In this document: positions 13,201 through 26,888 of the stretch, piece by piece
Position numbering within the stretch: position 1 is the first letter of the stretch
Layout of the letters: each line of letters begins with the position of its first letter
NCBI GenBank assembly: GCA_964016885.1
Contig: OZ024741.1
Location: 267,282,001 to 267,346,000, forward strand
DNA from: Eledone cirrhosa
Lineage: Eukaryota
DNA length: 64,000 bases
Reading direction: 5' to 3'
Notes under the pieces: model-generated
Told to the model about the DNA's origin: nothing
The model's database searches: none
The model's input: only the letters and a program-made list of their open reading frames with translations
Program-made: the position numbers and the translations under genes

Positions 13201-14831
13201 GCAGGAGTACAAAAACAATATGTCAGACGACTATCTACACCTAACCTGAAGACAATATGTATATGGCAATATGTATATGGAATATACCCCCAGGATTTAC
13301 AATCAAGCTCTCTGTGACCTGTCCCATCGAGTTCAGGCAATGAATATCACATTAGCTAACTGCGGGATGCCAGAGCCAGATGAAGAAATAGAGGTAGCAC
13401 AAGACATTTTTCAAGAGACAAACTACGATATTCAAGCATTGCGTAAGTTTGTGGATGAAAATGAACCTCGATTGAGGGATGACCAGAAATATGACTACCA
13501 CAACATCATCGAAAACATTCAAAATGACGGGGGAGGACTTTCCTTCATCAATGCTCCTGCTGGCATAGGCAAGACATTCCTCATAAACCTCCTGCTTGCA
13601 AAATTTTGCCAAAAACAACATATTTCCCTTGCTGTGGCTTCAAGTGGCATTGCAGCAACACTTCTGGATGGAGGAAGAACTGCACACTCCATGTTTAAGC
13701 TGCCCATAGATCTCACACGGCATAAACAATCTTTTTGCAACATCAAGAAGAACTCACCCAAGGGCAAGCTTCTGCAAACATGCAAGATGATAATTTGGGA
13801 TGAACCTTACTATGAGCCATAAAGGAGCAATTGAAGCTTTGGACCAGACGATAAGGGATCTGAGAGAAAATAGTTGCATAATGGGAGGAGTGACAATGGT
13901 TCTTGCTGATGATTTCAGACAAACACTGCCTGTAATTCTTTGAGGGACTCGAGCTGATCAGGTCAATGTCTTTCTGAAAACATCCTATCTCTGGCCCCAC
14001 TTTCAGCTGCTGAGCCTTACAACCAACATGCAAGTGCACTTAACTTGTGACGAGGGTGTCAGTGAGTTTGCCATCCAACTACTTAAATTGGGAAATGGAC
14101 TTCTTGAAAAGGACTCCAATGACCATATTCAGTTGTCATTTGGCCATATCATTGACACAGAACAAGAACTGATTGCCAGAGTGTTTCCAAACATTCAGAC
14201 TAGGCAATGTGATCCGAAATGGCTCTGTGAACGAGCAATCTTAGCACCTAAAAATGTTGCTGTGAAAGAAATCAACAGAAGGCTGCTGGAGATGTTACCG
14301 GGAGAGAAAATATGCTACTAATCAGTTGACACAATCACTTCTCAAGACCAGGTTGTAAACTATCCAACTGAATTTTTGAACAGTCTTGAACAAGCGGGAA
14401 TTCCTCCACACAACCTGATACTGAAGCTTAGAGCATCAGTTATGCTACTTCGCAATCTGGATCCTCCAAAACTTTGTAATGGCACAAGAATCATCATAAA
14501 AAATATGATGTCCAATGTTCTAGAAGTTGCAATCATGTCAAGAAAATTTGCTGGTGACAATTGTTTAATTCCCAGAATACCTCTGAAGCCAACTGATTTG
14601 CCATTTGAATTTCAAAGACTTCAATTTCCGATCAGGCTCAGTTTTGCCATGACCATTAATAAATCTCAAGGGCAATCATTGAAAGTTGTTGGGTTGAATC
14701 TGGCAGATCCTGTCTTTTCAGATGGTCAACTCTATGTTGGCACAACAAGGGTTGGGAACCCTGATTGTCTCTTCATTGTGGCACCACAGGGCAAAATCAA
14801 GTATGTTGTTTATCCAGAGGCTTTGGAATGA
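10279..14831 (+). pseudogene. Degenerate Helitron RepHel (Zn motif, HUH Rep, Pif1 helicase)
   Basis: Motifs CQYC..CCSKG, FFITFTCN, EWQKRGLPHSH, YPLYRRR, NAPAGIGKT, IIWDE, LCNGTR and FAMTINKSQGQ, interrupted by many stops and frameshifts. Confidence 0.93.
11215..11401 (-). mobile_element. Full-length tRNA-derived SINE inserted in the Helitron ORF
   Basis: A-box-like TGGCAGTATCAG, B-box GAGTTCAAATCC and core GCCTTTCATCCTTACGGGGTCGATAAA. 16-bp TSD AAGTTGCAATCATAAT at 11199-11214 and 11402-11417. Confidence 0.92.
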
Positions 14832-15568
14832 GCAATGTCGTAATTCCTCATTCAATGACAATACGCACAGATCCTAATTCCTTAGTCATGTAGTTTGCAA
14901 GGAATTCTGAAGCCGCAAATTTACTGCATGATGTTACTTTGGAAGAATATGCAGGCATTCCCGGGTACCTCTGCTATATAAAGTAGTATAAGTGAGGACT
15001 TTGTTGGGTAGAAATAGCAGTCAAATTTCCTTCAAATCCCACCTTACTTTCTCAGGTATGTATATATGTATGAAGCAAAAAGGAACTGTTCTATGTGATA
15101 ACTCGATCTACTAGAAATATTAGCAAAATCCATTTCAAATCACAAACAACTGTCTTACACACATACATGTGTGTGTATGTATCTATGTATGTCATGTGAG
15201 CCACTATAACTGTTGGTATAGCTAATAGAAATAGAAAACAAACCTCCCTCAAACAAGATCCTACTGCCATAGAAGCAAAGATTGGTGAAAGCGTACGAAT
15301 TTAAATACACTTTCCCCGAATTACAGAAATGAGTAAGTACATGCTTCATTCAATCATAAACCAATGCTAAATTTATTTTCTTATTTTATTTATGGTTTTT
15401 AAAATAGTCTTTACATGTTGTTTGAATTTCAGAGGTTCAGATTGAGCAAAAAAAAAAGAAAGAAAAGGATAAATAAAAAAAATCTAAATGTATTTTTTTG
15501 GTCATGCCCTTTTCACTGACAACATACCTAATGATTCATCTATGAGTAAAGCATTATATATGCTGACT

Positions 15569-15696
15569 ACGTCCCTTTACGATCTGAGTTCAAATCCCGC
15601 CGAGGTTGACTTTGCCTTTCATCCTTACGGGGTCGATGAAATAAAGTACCAGTAACGCACTGGGTAATTGCTGGCCTTGTGCCTAAAGTAGAAACA
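15569..15696 (+). mobile_element. 5'-truncated tRNA-derived SINE
   Basis: Same family. 16-bp TSD ATTATATATGCTGACT at 15553-15568 and 15697-15712. Confidence 0.9.
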
Positions 15697-15899
15697 ATTA
15701 TATATGCTGACTGTAATAGGGAGCAGTATTAAAAAAATCACCACTGGAAGAAACTAATATTTTTATCTAGATGATTTACTTTGACCAAACAGCAATAAAT
15801 ATTCTGCTATAATTCCTACTTTGGTTAAAATTCAGCAATCATATTTGAATGGTCAAATATTTTGTAATGTGTGCCAAATATATTGTAACTTTCATAAAA

Positions 15900-15929
15900 T
15901 ACCCGGGTATCACCGGGTAGCTCAGTTAG
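15900..15929 (+). other. Helitron 3' terminal hairpin and (C/T)TAG end
   Basis: TACCCGG-GTATCA-CCGGGTA hairpin followed by GCTCAGTTAG|T, then (TA)n. Confidence 0.65.
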
Positions 15930-15983
15930 TATATATATATATGTATATATATATGTATATATATATATATGTATATATATATG

Positions 15984-16062
<79 letters not shown>

Positions 16063-16073
16063 GTATATATATG

Positions 16074-16104
<31 letters not shown>

Positions 16105-16159
16105 GTATATATATATATGTATATATATATATGTATATATATATATGTATATATATATG

Positions 16160-16266
<107 letters not shown>

Positions 16267-16379
16267 GTATATATATATATGTATATATATATATGTATAT
16301 ATATATATGTATATATATATATGTATATATATATATGTATATATATATATGTATATATAAATATATATATATAAATATG

Positions 16380-16411
<32 letters not shown>

Positions 16412-16548
16412 TATATCTATATCTAAAATTAAGATAAATCAAAATGAATTTAATCTAAATCAAAATTATGGGTGTCATGCCAGAAAGGTATGCGCCATAT
16501 CACCCGTAAAATAAGCTCCAAGATTCTAATGAATAGGTTCGAGCATTT

Positions 16549-16942
16549 TATAACAACTAGAAATTGATTAACATATAAATAAACATATGAAACAATCACA
16601 GGAGATAATTTTTATAAGTGCGTAAGCACACATAGCTAGGTAGGATACTAAATAAAGTTAACTAGAACTTCAAAAATAGATACCTTATAATATGATTAAT
16701 CTTCCCTGTATATATTCCATTAAAGAAATATATTTCACCAATTAATCGAATGGTAAACCACGGAGGCCGAATTTAATGGAATATATACAGGGAAGATTAA
16801 TCATATTATAAGGTATCTATTTTTGAAGTTCTAGTTAACTTTATTTAGTTACCTACCTAGCTATGTGTGCTTACACACTTATAAAAATTATCCCCTGTGA
16901 TTGTTTCATATGTTTATTTATATGTTAATCAATTTCTAGTTG

Positions 16943-16947
<5 letters not shown>
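16549..16947. repeat. Fold-back inverted repeat (arms 16549-16724 and 16772-16947) with the 3' half of a hammerhead
   Basis: 176-bp arms with few mismatches. The minus strand has stem II ACCA/UGGU, GAAA, a 9-bp stem III and AUA, but no CUGANGA. Confidence 0.85.
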
Positions 16948-16986
<39 letters not shown>

Positions 16987-17151
16987 GTATATAATATTAA
17001 GGATACTATTTATGGTTATGTATATACTAAAACTTTTTATAGTTATATATATTTTAAACCCTAAACAGTGAAGGTCAGTAATTTATTACTACCTTATTAC
17101 CAGTAAGATAAATAGCTCAATGTAATAACATCAGTTGTTCTACAGAGCAGT

Positions 17152-17820
17152 TATATAGAATTCACAAGAATCAAAGCTATGTTCAAAGCATTTATTCACT
17201 TACAATTGTTTCATCCAAACCTAGGCTTGGAGTCTCCGGAGTATTTTTCAATGTTTGTACACATAATTGACCTCCTTTCCAACGCAAGAGACATACAGAT
17301 ACATATGTATATATTGATATACAGTGGAGTGACATATATTATACTATATATTATACTATATATGCACGTGTGTCTCATTTATATATGATTATTGTGTGGC
17401 AGGGTGTTACATGTAATACAAGCACCTTAAGCACTCATATAAATGAGACACACGTGCATTCCCCACGTGTAACTAACGCATACACTAACTACTACATCTG
17501 ACTAACAAACTATCCTCTTGCATTATCTATGTTAACTGCCAAATTTATTTTAATTTTGTTTTAATTTTGTTTTAATTTTAGTTTTAATTTTGATTTTGAT
17601 TTTGAATTTGAATTGCTATACAGAAATAATATAGTATAATATATGTCACTCCACTGTATATCAATATATACATATGTATCTGTATGTCTCTTATGTTGGA
17701 AAGGAGGTCAATTATGTGTACAAACATTGAAAAATGCTCCGAAGACTCCAAGCCTAGGTTTGGATGAAACAATTGTAAGTGAATAAATGCTTTGAACATA
17801 GCTTTGATTCTTGTGAATTC

Positions 17821-17826
<6 letters not shown>
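17152..17826. repeat. Inverted repeat (arms 17152-17349 and 17629-17826), each arm holding a minimal hammerhead
   Basis: About 198-bp arms. HHR-like folds at 17197-17243 (-) and 17735-17781 (+). Confidence 0.88.
17735..17781 (+). ncRNA. Minimal hammerhead variant with a CCGAAGA core
   Basis: UGCU-CCGAAGA-C-UCCAA..UUGGA-U-GAAAC-AAUU-GUA-AGUG. Confidence 0.6.
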
Positions 17827-17867
<41 letters not shown>

Positions 17868-17892
17868 GTATATATATATGTATATATATATG

Positions 17893-17923
<31 letters not shown>

Positions 17924-18786
17924 GTATATATATATATATATATGTATATATAGATGTATATATATGTATATATATATGAATATATATATGTATATATATA
18001 TATATATATACATGGTAGCATGGGCCCAGCACTATGTGTCAATAATTGTCACAGTTGTAGTGTTTGTGCCAGAGTTTTCAAGTCGCTGGCTGGACTAAAA
18101 AGTCACACTCGTTCAGCGCATTGGTAAGGGTTCTCCTACATGGATATAAAGTAGTGGCCGTATTCGAAAACGAGTTGGCAGCCACCATATGTATACATAT
18201 ATGTATATAGTTATATATGTATATATATGTATATAGTTATATATGTATATATATGTATATAGTTATATATGTATATATATGTATATATATATATCTTTAT
18301 ATATATGTATATATATATATCTTTATATATATGTATATATTTGTATATATATATAGATATATATATGAATATATATAAAGCAGTTAAATTATCTTTGCTC
18401 CCGAGGGCCGAACAAAAAATATTGTATACTCTGAGGCTCGAACAATGTAATTTATGTATTTTCTGTTACTTGGAATTTCCATTATGGTTGTACAAATTAT
18501 TGTAAAGTTTGTTAAAAAATTTGTTCTCTGTTCAGCCTTTATTGTTGTAACTCAATTTTCTTCAACGTACGGGCTGCTGAACTGGAGAATCCTCAAAACT
18601 ATTGAAACCCAACATCAGAGCTCGTTACCCCCCTCCCCTCTCACTGATCTGAGAGGGCGTGCGGTATCTTTGCACTGGAGTGGAATGGGAGGGGGTTCCT
18701 GAAAAGATAAAATGGCGGTATACCTAGCCGGGTGCCAGCCGGACGGGCCAGTTGGTGTATATATATATTCATATATATATATGTAT

Positions 18787-18787
<1 letters not shown>

Positions 18788-18817
<30 letters not shown>

Positions 18818-20248
18818 ACGTTTAACGTCCGTGTTCCACGCTTGCATGAGTTTGGACGGGGGTAGTCCCACTTGAGGCAAGAGTGATTGTCTTGCTCGCA
18901 TAGGACTGTCTGGCAGGTTTTCTACAGTTGGATGCCCTTCCTAACACCAACCACATTTACAGTGTGGGTCTGGGAGGTTTTTACCGTGTTGCCTACACGG
19001 CCACATTACAGCGTGGACTGTGTGTTTTTTTGTCGTGACACCTACATGATCTCATTTGTTTCGGCCTGGATGTTGTGGCACCAACATACTTTACATAGAA
19101 CGGGGTGGTGTGGATGGGGTGGTGGTGCTGGTGGTGGGACTGGGGGGGGGGGGTATTTTGTTAGAGATGCCTACTGGCTGTAGTAGGTTTTACTATGTAT
19201 TTAGGTAAGGCGGGTCTTCTCTGTTACTGAGTACCGCCAAAGGTCTCGGTCCAGTGACATTGTCTTGGAGAGGTGTAAGTGTGTGAGGTCGGAGTTTATC
19301 AGCTCGTCCCAGGTTTTTCTAGGTCTGCCTATTCCGTGGCTACCGCCTATCTTTATTGCCCTGCACTTTGTTATACAGCTATCGACTTTCATGCGCATCA
19401 CGTGTCCATACCAACGTAGCCTTCTCTCGAGTAAACAACAGCTGATCCCTCTTATTTCTAATTTTTTCCTTAGTTCGTTTATGCTTTGCCGTTCACGTAT
19501 ATTACTGTTACACATCCAGCGGAGCATGCAAGCTTCGTTCCTCTCTAGTCTGCGTATATCCTCTGCACACAATGCCCAGGTCTCACTGCCATGCAACATT
19601 GCTGTTCGTATGCAGGCATCGTAAAACCTGCCTTTCATTTTTAGGGAGAACCCTTTAGCAGCTAATAGTGGTATAAGCTCTCTGAACTTTTTCCAACCAG
19701 TTCTGACTCTAGCTACTGTACTTTCAGAACACCCTCCCCCACTGCTGATTTTATCACCCAGGTAACGGAAGCTGTCCACTATTTCTATAGAACCCTCTGC
19801 GCAATTGAAAGAGCTAGTATTTTGTGGGCACTTGCTGCTACTTATTGCACCAGAGCACTGCCCACATGTAAAATCTATGTTCTTAGTTAGCTTACCTGTG
19901 ATCCCACTACATCTTTTATGCACCCATACTTTGCATTTAGGACATAAAATGGAGTTTCTACCTACGCCTTTCCTACACACCGAGCACGACCATTTCCCAG
20001 AAGGGACCGCCGCCTTATTTTCTTTCCTACAAACTAGAACTTTAGTCTTAGCCAGGTTAATTTTAAGGCCTTTTGATTCTAGGCCGTGCTTCCATGTTTG
20101 GAATTTCTTCTCTAGCTCGGCCATTGATTCCGCTATGAGTGTCAGGTCGTCTGCGTATAGGAGTTCCCATGGGCAGCCGGTCTTGAACTCCTCTGTTATA
20201 GCCTGAAGGGCAATAATAAATAGTAGGTGGCTGAGAACAGAGCCCATT
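18788..20248 (-). mobile_element. 5'-truncated RTE LINE, family 1
   Basis: ORF 19201..20247 is nearly identical to 5929..7572. The (ATC)n tail at 18788-18816 lies in a TA tract. Confidence 0.95.
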
Positions 20249-20294
20249 TATATATATGTATGATATATATATATGTATATATTTATATATATGT

Positions 20295-23200
20295 ATCATC
20301 ATCATCATCATCATTTTACGTCCGCTTTTCCCTGCTTGCTAGGGTGGGACGGGTCTTATTCAGCACAGCATCTCTCCACTCGTCACGGTCCCTCGTCATC
20401 TCCACCGTGAGCTTCAATAATCTGAGGTCTATTCTCACCACCTCCGCCCATGTTTTTCGTGGTCTACCTCTACCACGTCTTCCTTCAACTGGCAATTCCT
20501 GGCACTTCTTCACCCATCGGTCATCCTCCATGCGCATCACATGTCCATACCACCTCAGTCTCCTCTCCCGTACACTACATTCTATCCCTCTCAGACACAG
20601 TTTCTCTCTCAACACATTTATGCTGGGTCGTTCACGCACATTTACACTGCACATCCAACGGAGCATGCTTGCCTCATTTCTCTCCAGCCGTCGCATATCC
20701 TCTGCAGTTGCTGCCCATGTCTCACTACCATGCAGCATCGCGCTCCTCACACAGGCATCATACAACCGGCCTTTCGTACGCAGGGAGAAACCCTTCTTCG
20801 TCAACAGAGGGAGCAGCTCCCTAAACTTCTTCCAACCTGTCCTTATTCTAGATACTATGGCCTCGGAACACCCTCCTCCCATGCTAATCTGATCTCCTAG
20901 GTACCGGAAGCTATCCACTACTTCTATAGCGCCCTCTTGCATTTGAAAAATGTGTCTATCAGTGCGACTTCTACTGTCTAATTTCCCTGTACATCTACTG
21001 CATACATATTTCTCCCTACCTGTTAGTTTGCCTGCTATCCCGCTACATCTCTTGTGTACCCAGGATCTGCATTGTGTGCATTTTATAGAATTTATGCCAG
21101 TTCCTTTTCTGCATATCGAACATGGCCATTTCCCTGACGGAATCAGGGTTTTGTCCTCTTTTCTACTCATCAACACTTTTGTCTTAGCTAGATTCACTCT
21201 CAGTCTTCTTGCTTCCAACTGCTGTTTCCATAGCCAGAATTTATTCTCCAGCTCCTCTACTGATTCTGCTATAAGAACCAGATCGTCAGCATAGAGAAGT
21301 TCCCATGGACAGCCAGTCTTAAACTCTTCTGTTATGGCTTGGAGGACTATAATGAACAAGAGCGGGCTGAGGACCGAACCCTGATGTACTCCTACTTGTA
21401 TCTGGAATTCCTCACTAAACTCCATTCCTACCCTGACTTTACTGAGAGTACCTCTGTACAAAGTTTGCACTGTCCTCACAAGCCATTCCTCAACACCTAG
21501 CTTCCTTAGGGACCACCAGATGATAGATCGGGGTACCCTATGAAAGGCCTTCTCTAGGTCAACAAAGGTTAAGTATATTGGCTTATTCTACTCTAAGAAC
21601 CTCTCTTGCAATTGTCTCACCAAGAAGAGGGCATCTATTGTACTCTTCCCAGGCACAAAACCAAACTGCATCTCATCTAGTTTGACCCTTTCTCTAATTA
21701 GTTGTGCTAAAATCCTTTCTGCCATTTTTATAACCTGATCTATCAGTTTTATACCCCTATAATTGCTCCTCTCCAAAGCATCCCCTTTACCTTTGTAGCA
21801 ATTTATGAGAATACTGCTGCACCAGTCTTTGGGTATGACACCACCATATATAGTCTGATTGATGATGCGTGCAACCAGTTTAGTGCCTACGTCCCCTGAT
21901 GCCTTCAGCATCTCAGCAACTTACCATTTGCAGCCTTACCATTTTTCATTTCCCTAATTGCCTCTTGGACCCTATATTCGTCAATCTCAATAGCTGGTCC
22001 CTCTGTCGGATCCACCAAGGGTAATTTCTCTCTCTCCCATTCGTTCTCCACATTCATCAGTCTCTCATAATGACATTTCCAGGCCTCCTTTTTCTGATCA
22101 TTCGTGACACTAAGTACACCGGCATCATCCCGGACACATTTATCTCCAACAACATCCTGATTTGCATTGACACACTGCCTTGCAATGTGGAACACCGCAC
22201 GCCTCTGATCTTCCCGTTGCAGAACATTGGCAAACCTCCTACTCTCTGCCTCCCTGCGTGCTAAGTACACCTGACGTCTAGCTTCTCTCTTAGTGGCTGT
22301 ATATTCTTCCCTACTCCCACCCTTTTTCCAAGCCTTCCATGCTAGTCTCTTGTCTCTAATAGCCTTATCTACTGTGCTGTTCCACCACCAGGTCACTCTC
22401 TGTCTGGTTGGAACTCTGCTCCAGCCACAGGTTTCATCAGTAGCCTGCAGCAAGCTGTCACGTAAGAAATTCCAGTTATTATCTATGTCATACGTCTCTA
22501 AATCGTCTTCTTTTTCGTCATATACATCTTGAAGGGCTTTCCTAAATTTGTATTTTAGTGAAAGGTCTTTTAGCTTCCAGGCCTTTCTTCTCCACACCTT
22601 CCTATATGTCTCATTCCATCTCTTGCTTACTGAGATATCACTAACAACTAACCTATGCTGTGGGGTACATTCTTCCCCAGGGTATGCCTTGGTATTAGAC
22701 ACTATCTGCTTGTCCCGCTGCCTAACTAGCAGGAAGTCAATCTGGCTTATGTGCTCACCAGATTTGTAGATTATTAGGTGATTGGCAGGTTTCTGGAAGT
22801 TTGTGTTGCAAATAGTCAATGTACTCGCATCACAAAATTCAAGAAGTCTCACTCCTTCTTCATTTCTTGAACCGTAACCGTGCCCACCATGTACCCCAGT
22901 GTAACGATCCTGGAGCTGTCCAACATGACCATTGAAGTCTCCTGCTAGCATAACAATGTCTCCGTCCTCTGTCATTGCGGTTGTTTGCAAAAGTTGCTCA
23001 TAAAAGCAGTCTTTCTCATCTTTGCCTAGGCCTGCTTGGGGAGCATAGACCGAGATGATTGTCAGTAGTCTCCTACCTACAACTAATCTAAGCTTAATTA
23101 TTCGATTACTAACTCGAACTACCTCTATTGTCTTATTGATCCATTCCTCAGCCAGGAAAATGCCTACTCCCCCTAGCCCATCATCCTTACCTACCCAGAA

Positions 23201-23520
23201 TAGCTTATAGCTAAGACGCTTGCCTATGACTAGTCTCGCAGAGGCACCTCTCCATCTCACCTCTTCCACGCAGCACACATCCACCTGCCTTCTCTCCAGC
23301 ATCTCCGCTATTTCAGCAGATCTACCTCTGATAGTGCCAACATTAAGTGTTGCAACTCTGAGATGCGATGTCTTCATATTTTGTTGTTGTTCCTATTTGT
23401 TGCTGTGCTGATAAGAGTTTTGGCATTGATACACTGGTTGGATGCCCTTCCTAACACCAGTGCCACTTTACAGCATGGACTGGGTGCTTTTATTTGTGCC
23501 ACCAGCACTAGAGAGGATGT
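20295..23520 (-). mobile_element. Near full-length RTE LINE, family 2 (frameshift near 21920, TAG at 21588)
   Basis: ORFs 21905..23377 (APE endonuclease), 21588..21911 and 20316..21479 (RT, YADD, PHD-like insert), with an (ATC)n tail. Confidence 0.93.
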
Positions 23521-24311
23521 CTTACTAGACTCAAGGGCCCTCTCTACCCCTCCATTTTACAGCATGGTCATAAAAAAACAAAAAAAACAACTTACTGACA
23601 CGACGCACACACAAACACTCACACACCAACACTCATGCATACAAACCACAACCACACACACGCCACTCACATACCAACACTCATTCATGTATACAATCAC
23701 ACACACCACTCACAAACACACATATATATACATATATTACCGACAGTACTGATACAAATACAAAATCAAAATCATCAAAATCAAAATCAATATCATGTTA
23801 ACTGTTGACCTTTCCCAGTCCAGTTCAGCTTGTATATAATAACAATAATAATAATTGTTTGCTTTACGCTGGTAATGGCGTTGGTGGTGGTGAATGGTGC
23901 CAGTGTGGTGGTGGTGGATGGTGTCAGTGTGGTGGTGGTGGATGGTCAGTGATGGTGGTGGCAGTTGTTGGTGCTGTAGTTGTTGTCGTTGTTGCTGTTG
24001 TCGCTGTTGTTGTTGTTCTTCATTTCACTGCTGCTCTTGCTGCAGACAATGGTGTTGATGCTGTTATTGCTGTTGCATATATACAAACACACACATACAC
24101 ACACATGTATATATTTATATATATGTATGATATATATATATGTATATATTTATATATATGTATATGTATATATTTATATATATGTATATTTATATGTATA
24201 TGTATATTTTTATGTATATGTATATTTATTTGTATATGTATATATATATTTATGTGTATATGTATATAATATATTTATAGATATGTATATATATATTTAT
24301 AGATATGTATA

Positions 24312-26768
24312 CAGTGAGTCCTTGATATATGATATATATGCGTTCCAGAAACCCTTACCGTATAAAGAACCCATTGTAACATGAAATAGATAGGGATGCG
24401 TTCCAGCACATTGAAAAAGTCATCCCTACAGAAAAGAAATAATGTTTTTTTTTTATTTACTGTACCTTACACATGCCGTGTAGTCCATCAGATGATGTGC
24501 CACTTCATTTGTCCCTCTAAGGGACAGTATGGGTTTCAGCCCTTACTCATCTTGGGCTGAGTTGGCAGGGGAGGATGAGGGTGATGTGGGAGGCTCAAAA
24601 CCAACAAACTCGTTGACTGCAGTGGATGTTGAAGGGCCAGCTGTAGCACGGTTGGCAGGTGTGACTGGCTTGAAGAAAGAGTAGATGGAGGACTGTTTGG
24701 CGGTGTTTCTTTTGGCTTCATACATTTCTTGGTAAATCTTGACGGTTTTCTCGATGTCTTGAGCCACTTTGCTGCTCCTAGCAGGGTTGGGGTCACGCTC
24801 CTTCAGGGTTTCTAAGATTGTTTCGATACTCCCAAGACATTCTCTTAGAGTTTTTATGTCCAAGCCACGCACAGGTTCTTCTTCCTCCTCTTCTTTTTCT
24901 GTCTCCTGTATCGCCTTGTCTAGTTCTATGAGTTCATCATTGGAGAGTGGTTCAGCGTCGCTTTCCAAAAGGTCTTGCACATCATCATCATTAACACCAT
25001 TGAAGCCAGCTCTATGGCAGAGATTTACAATATCTTTTTTTATCGCACCAATGTCCTCAGCAAAGCCTTGGAAGTCATTCACACATGCTGGCCATAATTC
25101 ATGGTAGACTGCTTCACTTCTTCCCAAGATGCCTTGATGTTGTCTAAGCCGTGCTTGATGTTGTACAATATCCACCATTCCCTGATCGTGGGCTTGTCAG
25201 GCCCATCTGTGCCCTTTATCAGCTGCTGCATGGTTCTCCACTGGTAATATGCCTTAAATGTTTTGATGACTGTTTGATCCATCGGCTGAATGAGAGCTGT
25301 GGTGTTTGGGGCGGGGGAGAAACAAAACCTCAATATTTTCTGACCAGTCTTCCATTACCGATGGGTGGCTGGGGGCATTGTCCACTAATAGCAGAAAACA
25401 GTTGGCAATGTTGTTAGCTAATGCATATTCCTTAAGGGTTGGTGACAGATATGAGGTGAAAAAATCCTGGTGAATTGAAGTGATCAGCCATGCCTTCTTA
25501 TTAGACTTCCATATCACTGGTCGGTATTGCTTGAATGCTCTTGAAGTTTCAGAATGGTAGATAATGAGTGGCCTTAGCTTTAAATCTCCTTCTGCATTCC
25601 CTCCAAGTAACAGAGTAACGCGGTCCTTTGAGGCTTTGAACCCCTTCGCATTTTTCTCCTCCTTGTCAATATAATTATTACTGGTCATCTTTTTCCTATA
25701 AAGTCCTGTTTCGTCACAATTAGTAACCTGTTTTTTGCTGTACCCCTTCTCTGCAATGCATTTCTCTAACACTGCCTTGAATTTTTCAGCACTCTCTTTG
25801 TTGGAACTGGCAACCTCACCTGTAACATCTATGTTGTGAAGACTTGAACATCGTTTGAACTTATCAAACCAGCCTTTGCTTGCCTTGAATACAAAGTCCT
25901 CCACCCCCATTTCAGTCTTGAGCCTCTCAATAATGGACAATGCTTTCTCACTGATTACATTTAAAGACAGGCATATTTTGATGATTTTGGTCGTCGATCC
26001 AAATTTTGAGCAACCTTTCCATCCTACCCATAATCGGCTCACCATGTTTGGTCAACAATTTACTCTGTAGACTCGTAGTATTCTCCCCAGCCTTTTTGAC
26101 AGCCTCACTATTTTTTAAAACAGTCCAGACTGTAGACTGCGCTGGGCCTAAGTTACGACTTATGGCGGACGTACTTAGCCCCTGTTCCTTCCTTTTCAAA
26201 ATGTCCAGCTTTATCTCCAAAGTCAGGCTCTTCCTCATGTGTTTGGCCTTTCCATCTGCATCAGCAATATTCGCAGGACATTTTGGGGCCATGAGATATG
26301 GGGTTATAAGATATGCCGTGATAATTATGCTCCAAAAACATGCCGTCGGGTTTTCTCTTACTTTGAATGACGTCATAACTCTTAACTGATCACTTCAGTT
26401 CGGCAAAAATTCTCTCACTGAGAGGGCACGCTAGTTTGCCGAACTCAAGTGATCAGTTAAGAGTTATGACGTCATTGACCGATATCTGAACTTGCTCGTG
26501 ATTGGCCAGTTTCTTGGTAAGGTCAGTTAGTACGATAGCAGTAGTAACACAATTTTCCTAGAATTCGAATAGCAGTCAGTTTCCACGAATTCAAGGGGGA
26601 ATTTATTGCTTACTACAGGTGGCGCTACGGTTCAATATAAACAAAACATGAGCAAAAACCGTATCTGTGAATTTTTTTTACCGTGAATAGAATTGATGGT
26701 AGTAATTACCCAAAACGTATCTGTGAATTTACCGGATAAAGAACTACCGTATATCGAGGACCCACTGT
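24312..26768 (-). mobile_element. Tigger/pogo (Tc1/mariner superfamily) DNA transposon, frameshifted
   Basis: TIRs CAGTGAGTCCTTGATATATG / CGTATATCGAGGACCCACTG with a TA TSD. Transposase pieces include the HTH (RKSLTLEIK), FKASKGWF, NCDETGL, LLVDNAPSH and LIQPMDQ. Confidence 0.93.
26366..26476. promoter_or_regulatory. 42-bp-arm palindrome with two TGACGTCA (CRE-like) sites upstream of the transposase start
   Basis: AATGACGTCATAACTCTTAACTGATCACTT.AGTTCGGCAAA and its reverse complement with one mismatch. The regulatory role is inferred. Confidence 0.45.
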
Positions 26769-26888
26769 ATATATATTTATATATATGTATATATATATTT
26801 ATATATGTATATATATATTTATATATGTATATATATATTTATATATATATATGTATATATATATTTATATATATATATATATATATAT

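Noticed and set aside
18378-18757. Possible non-autonomous Helitron ending CCGG..CGGGCCAGTTGGT
   Set aside because: The termini are too degenerate to call.
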